In this document: in pieces, positions 24,411 through 24,898 of the stretch
How positions within the stretch are numbered: the stretch's first letter is position 1
Layout: each line of letters starts with the position of its first letter
Origin: a virus
Lineage: Duplodnaviria > Caudoviricetes
Strand: one strand, 5' to 3'
Length of the DNA: 24,898 nucleotides
Virus record (IMG/VR): IMGVR_UViG_3300012363_000021
Coordinates: 1 to 24,898 of that record
Notes under the pieces: generated by a model
Told to the model about the DNA's origin: nothing
Databases searched by the model: none
What the model saw: only the letters and a program-made list of their open reading frames with translations
Translations under genes and position numbers: made by a program

Positions 24411-24898
24411 ATGCCACAGTTCGCGCCGCAAGATTTAACGAGCAACACCAGTCATCCGCCCTTCGTGGTGTCGACCGGCCTGGGTGAGTATTTTCCGGCA
24501 TGGCACGTCTTCGATGGCACCGCCAATACGACCTGGGTGGTGCTGGCGCATTCGGGATACGTGGCGCTCGATATCGGCGCCGGCAACAGCAAAACGCTCG
24601 ATTCCTACGATGTCCAGTTCGACCTGAATCCCGGCGAGAACTCCTCCTACAACACCCGCGCTCCCAAGGACTGGACGCTCGAAGGCAGCAACGACGGCAG
24701 TAGCTGGTCTACTCTCGACACGCAAACCGGCCAGACGGCATGGGGCGATTCGGAAACCCGCACTTACACGCTGGGGAGCCCGTCCGCCGCTTATCGCTAC
24801 TTCCGGCTCAACGTTTCCGCCAACAACGGGGATGGCCTTTTACAGGTCGGATCACTCGCTCTCTATGGCGAGAGCCCAGCGACCGATTATCCGTACAC
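24411..24898 (+). CDS. Tail protein with an N-terminal discoidin (F5/8 type C, CBM32-like) domain, truncated by the window end
   Basis: Own translation contains AWHVFDG...TW, APKDWTLEGSNDGSSWSTLD and AYRYFRLNVSANNG; no stop before 24898. Confidence 0.88.
   Translation, partial: MPQFAPQDLTSNTSHPPFVVSTGLGEYFPAWHVFDGTANTTWVVLAHSGYVALDIGAGNSKTLDSYDVQFDLNPGENSSYNTRAPKDWTLEGSNDGSSWSTLDTQTGQTAWGDSETRTYTLGSPSAAYRYFRLNVSANNGDGLLQVGSLALYGESPATDYPY

Larger units (their letters stand above)
1..24898 (+). mobile_element. HK97-like siphovirus/prophage late region (lysis, head, glycan cluster, neck, tail)
   Basis: Canonical order portal-protease-capsid-connector-closure-gp10-tail completion-tail tube-chaperones-tape measure. 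No ends or integrase are visible, so free phage vs prophage is undetermined. Confidence 0.97.

Overview
The whole window is the late (morphogenesis) region of a GC-rich HK97-type siphovirus or prophage, almost all on the + strand. Gene order: holin-like genes and a DPBB-fold putative lysin, portal, prohead protease, major capsid, head-tail connector, head closure, gp10-like, tail completion, tail tube, G/GT chaperones, a 1799-aa tape measure protein and minor tail genes. No terminase, integrase or regulator is inside the window. Two things stand out. (1) A ~6.8-kb glycan-biosynthesis cluster (four or five glycosyltransferase-like genes, a SAM methyltransferase and a DegT-family aminotransferase) splits the connector and head-closure genes. 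(2) An unannotated, divergent ~55-60 bp repeat family (approx. CGCTCYTGGA-N7-CGCAAG/CGCCCG-N4-CTC..-GGCGCAAAGRG) has about 15 clear copies plus several degenerate ones. Forward (R) copies sit just before start codons and reverse (L) copies just after stop codons. L..R pairs bracket spacers of 0 to ~700 bp, the larger ones carrying antisense ORFs whose start and stop codons abut the repeats. All alignments were done by eye, and family calls rest on motif recognition and synteny, not database searches.
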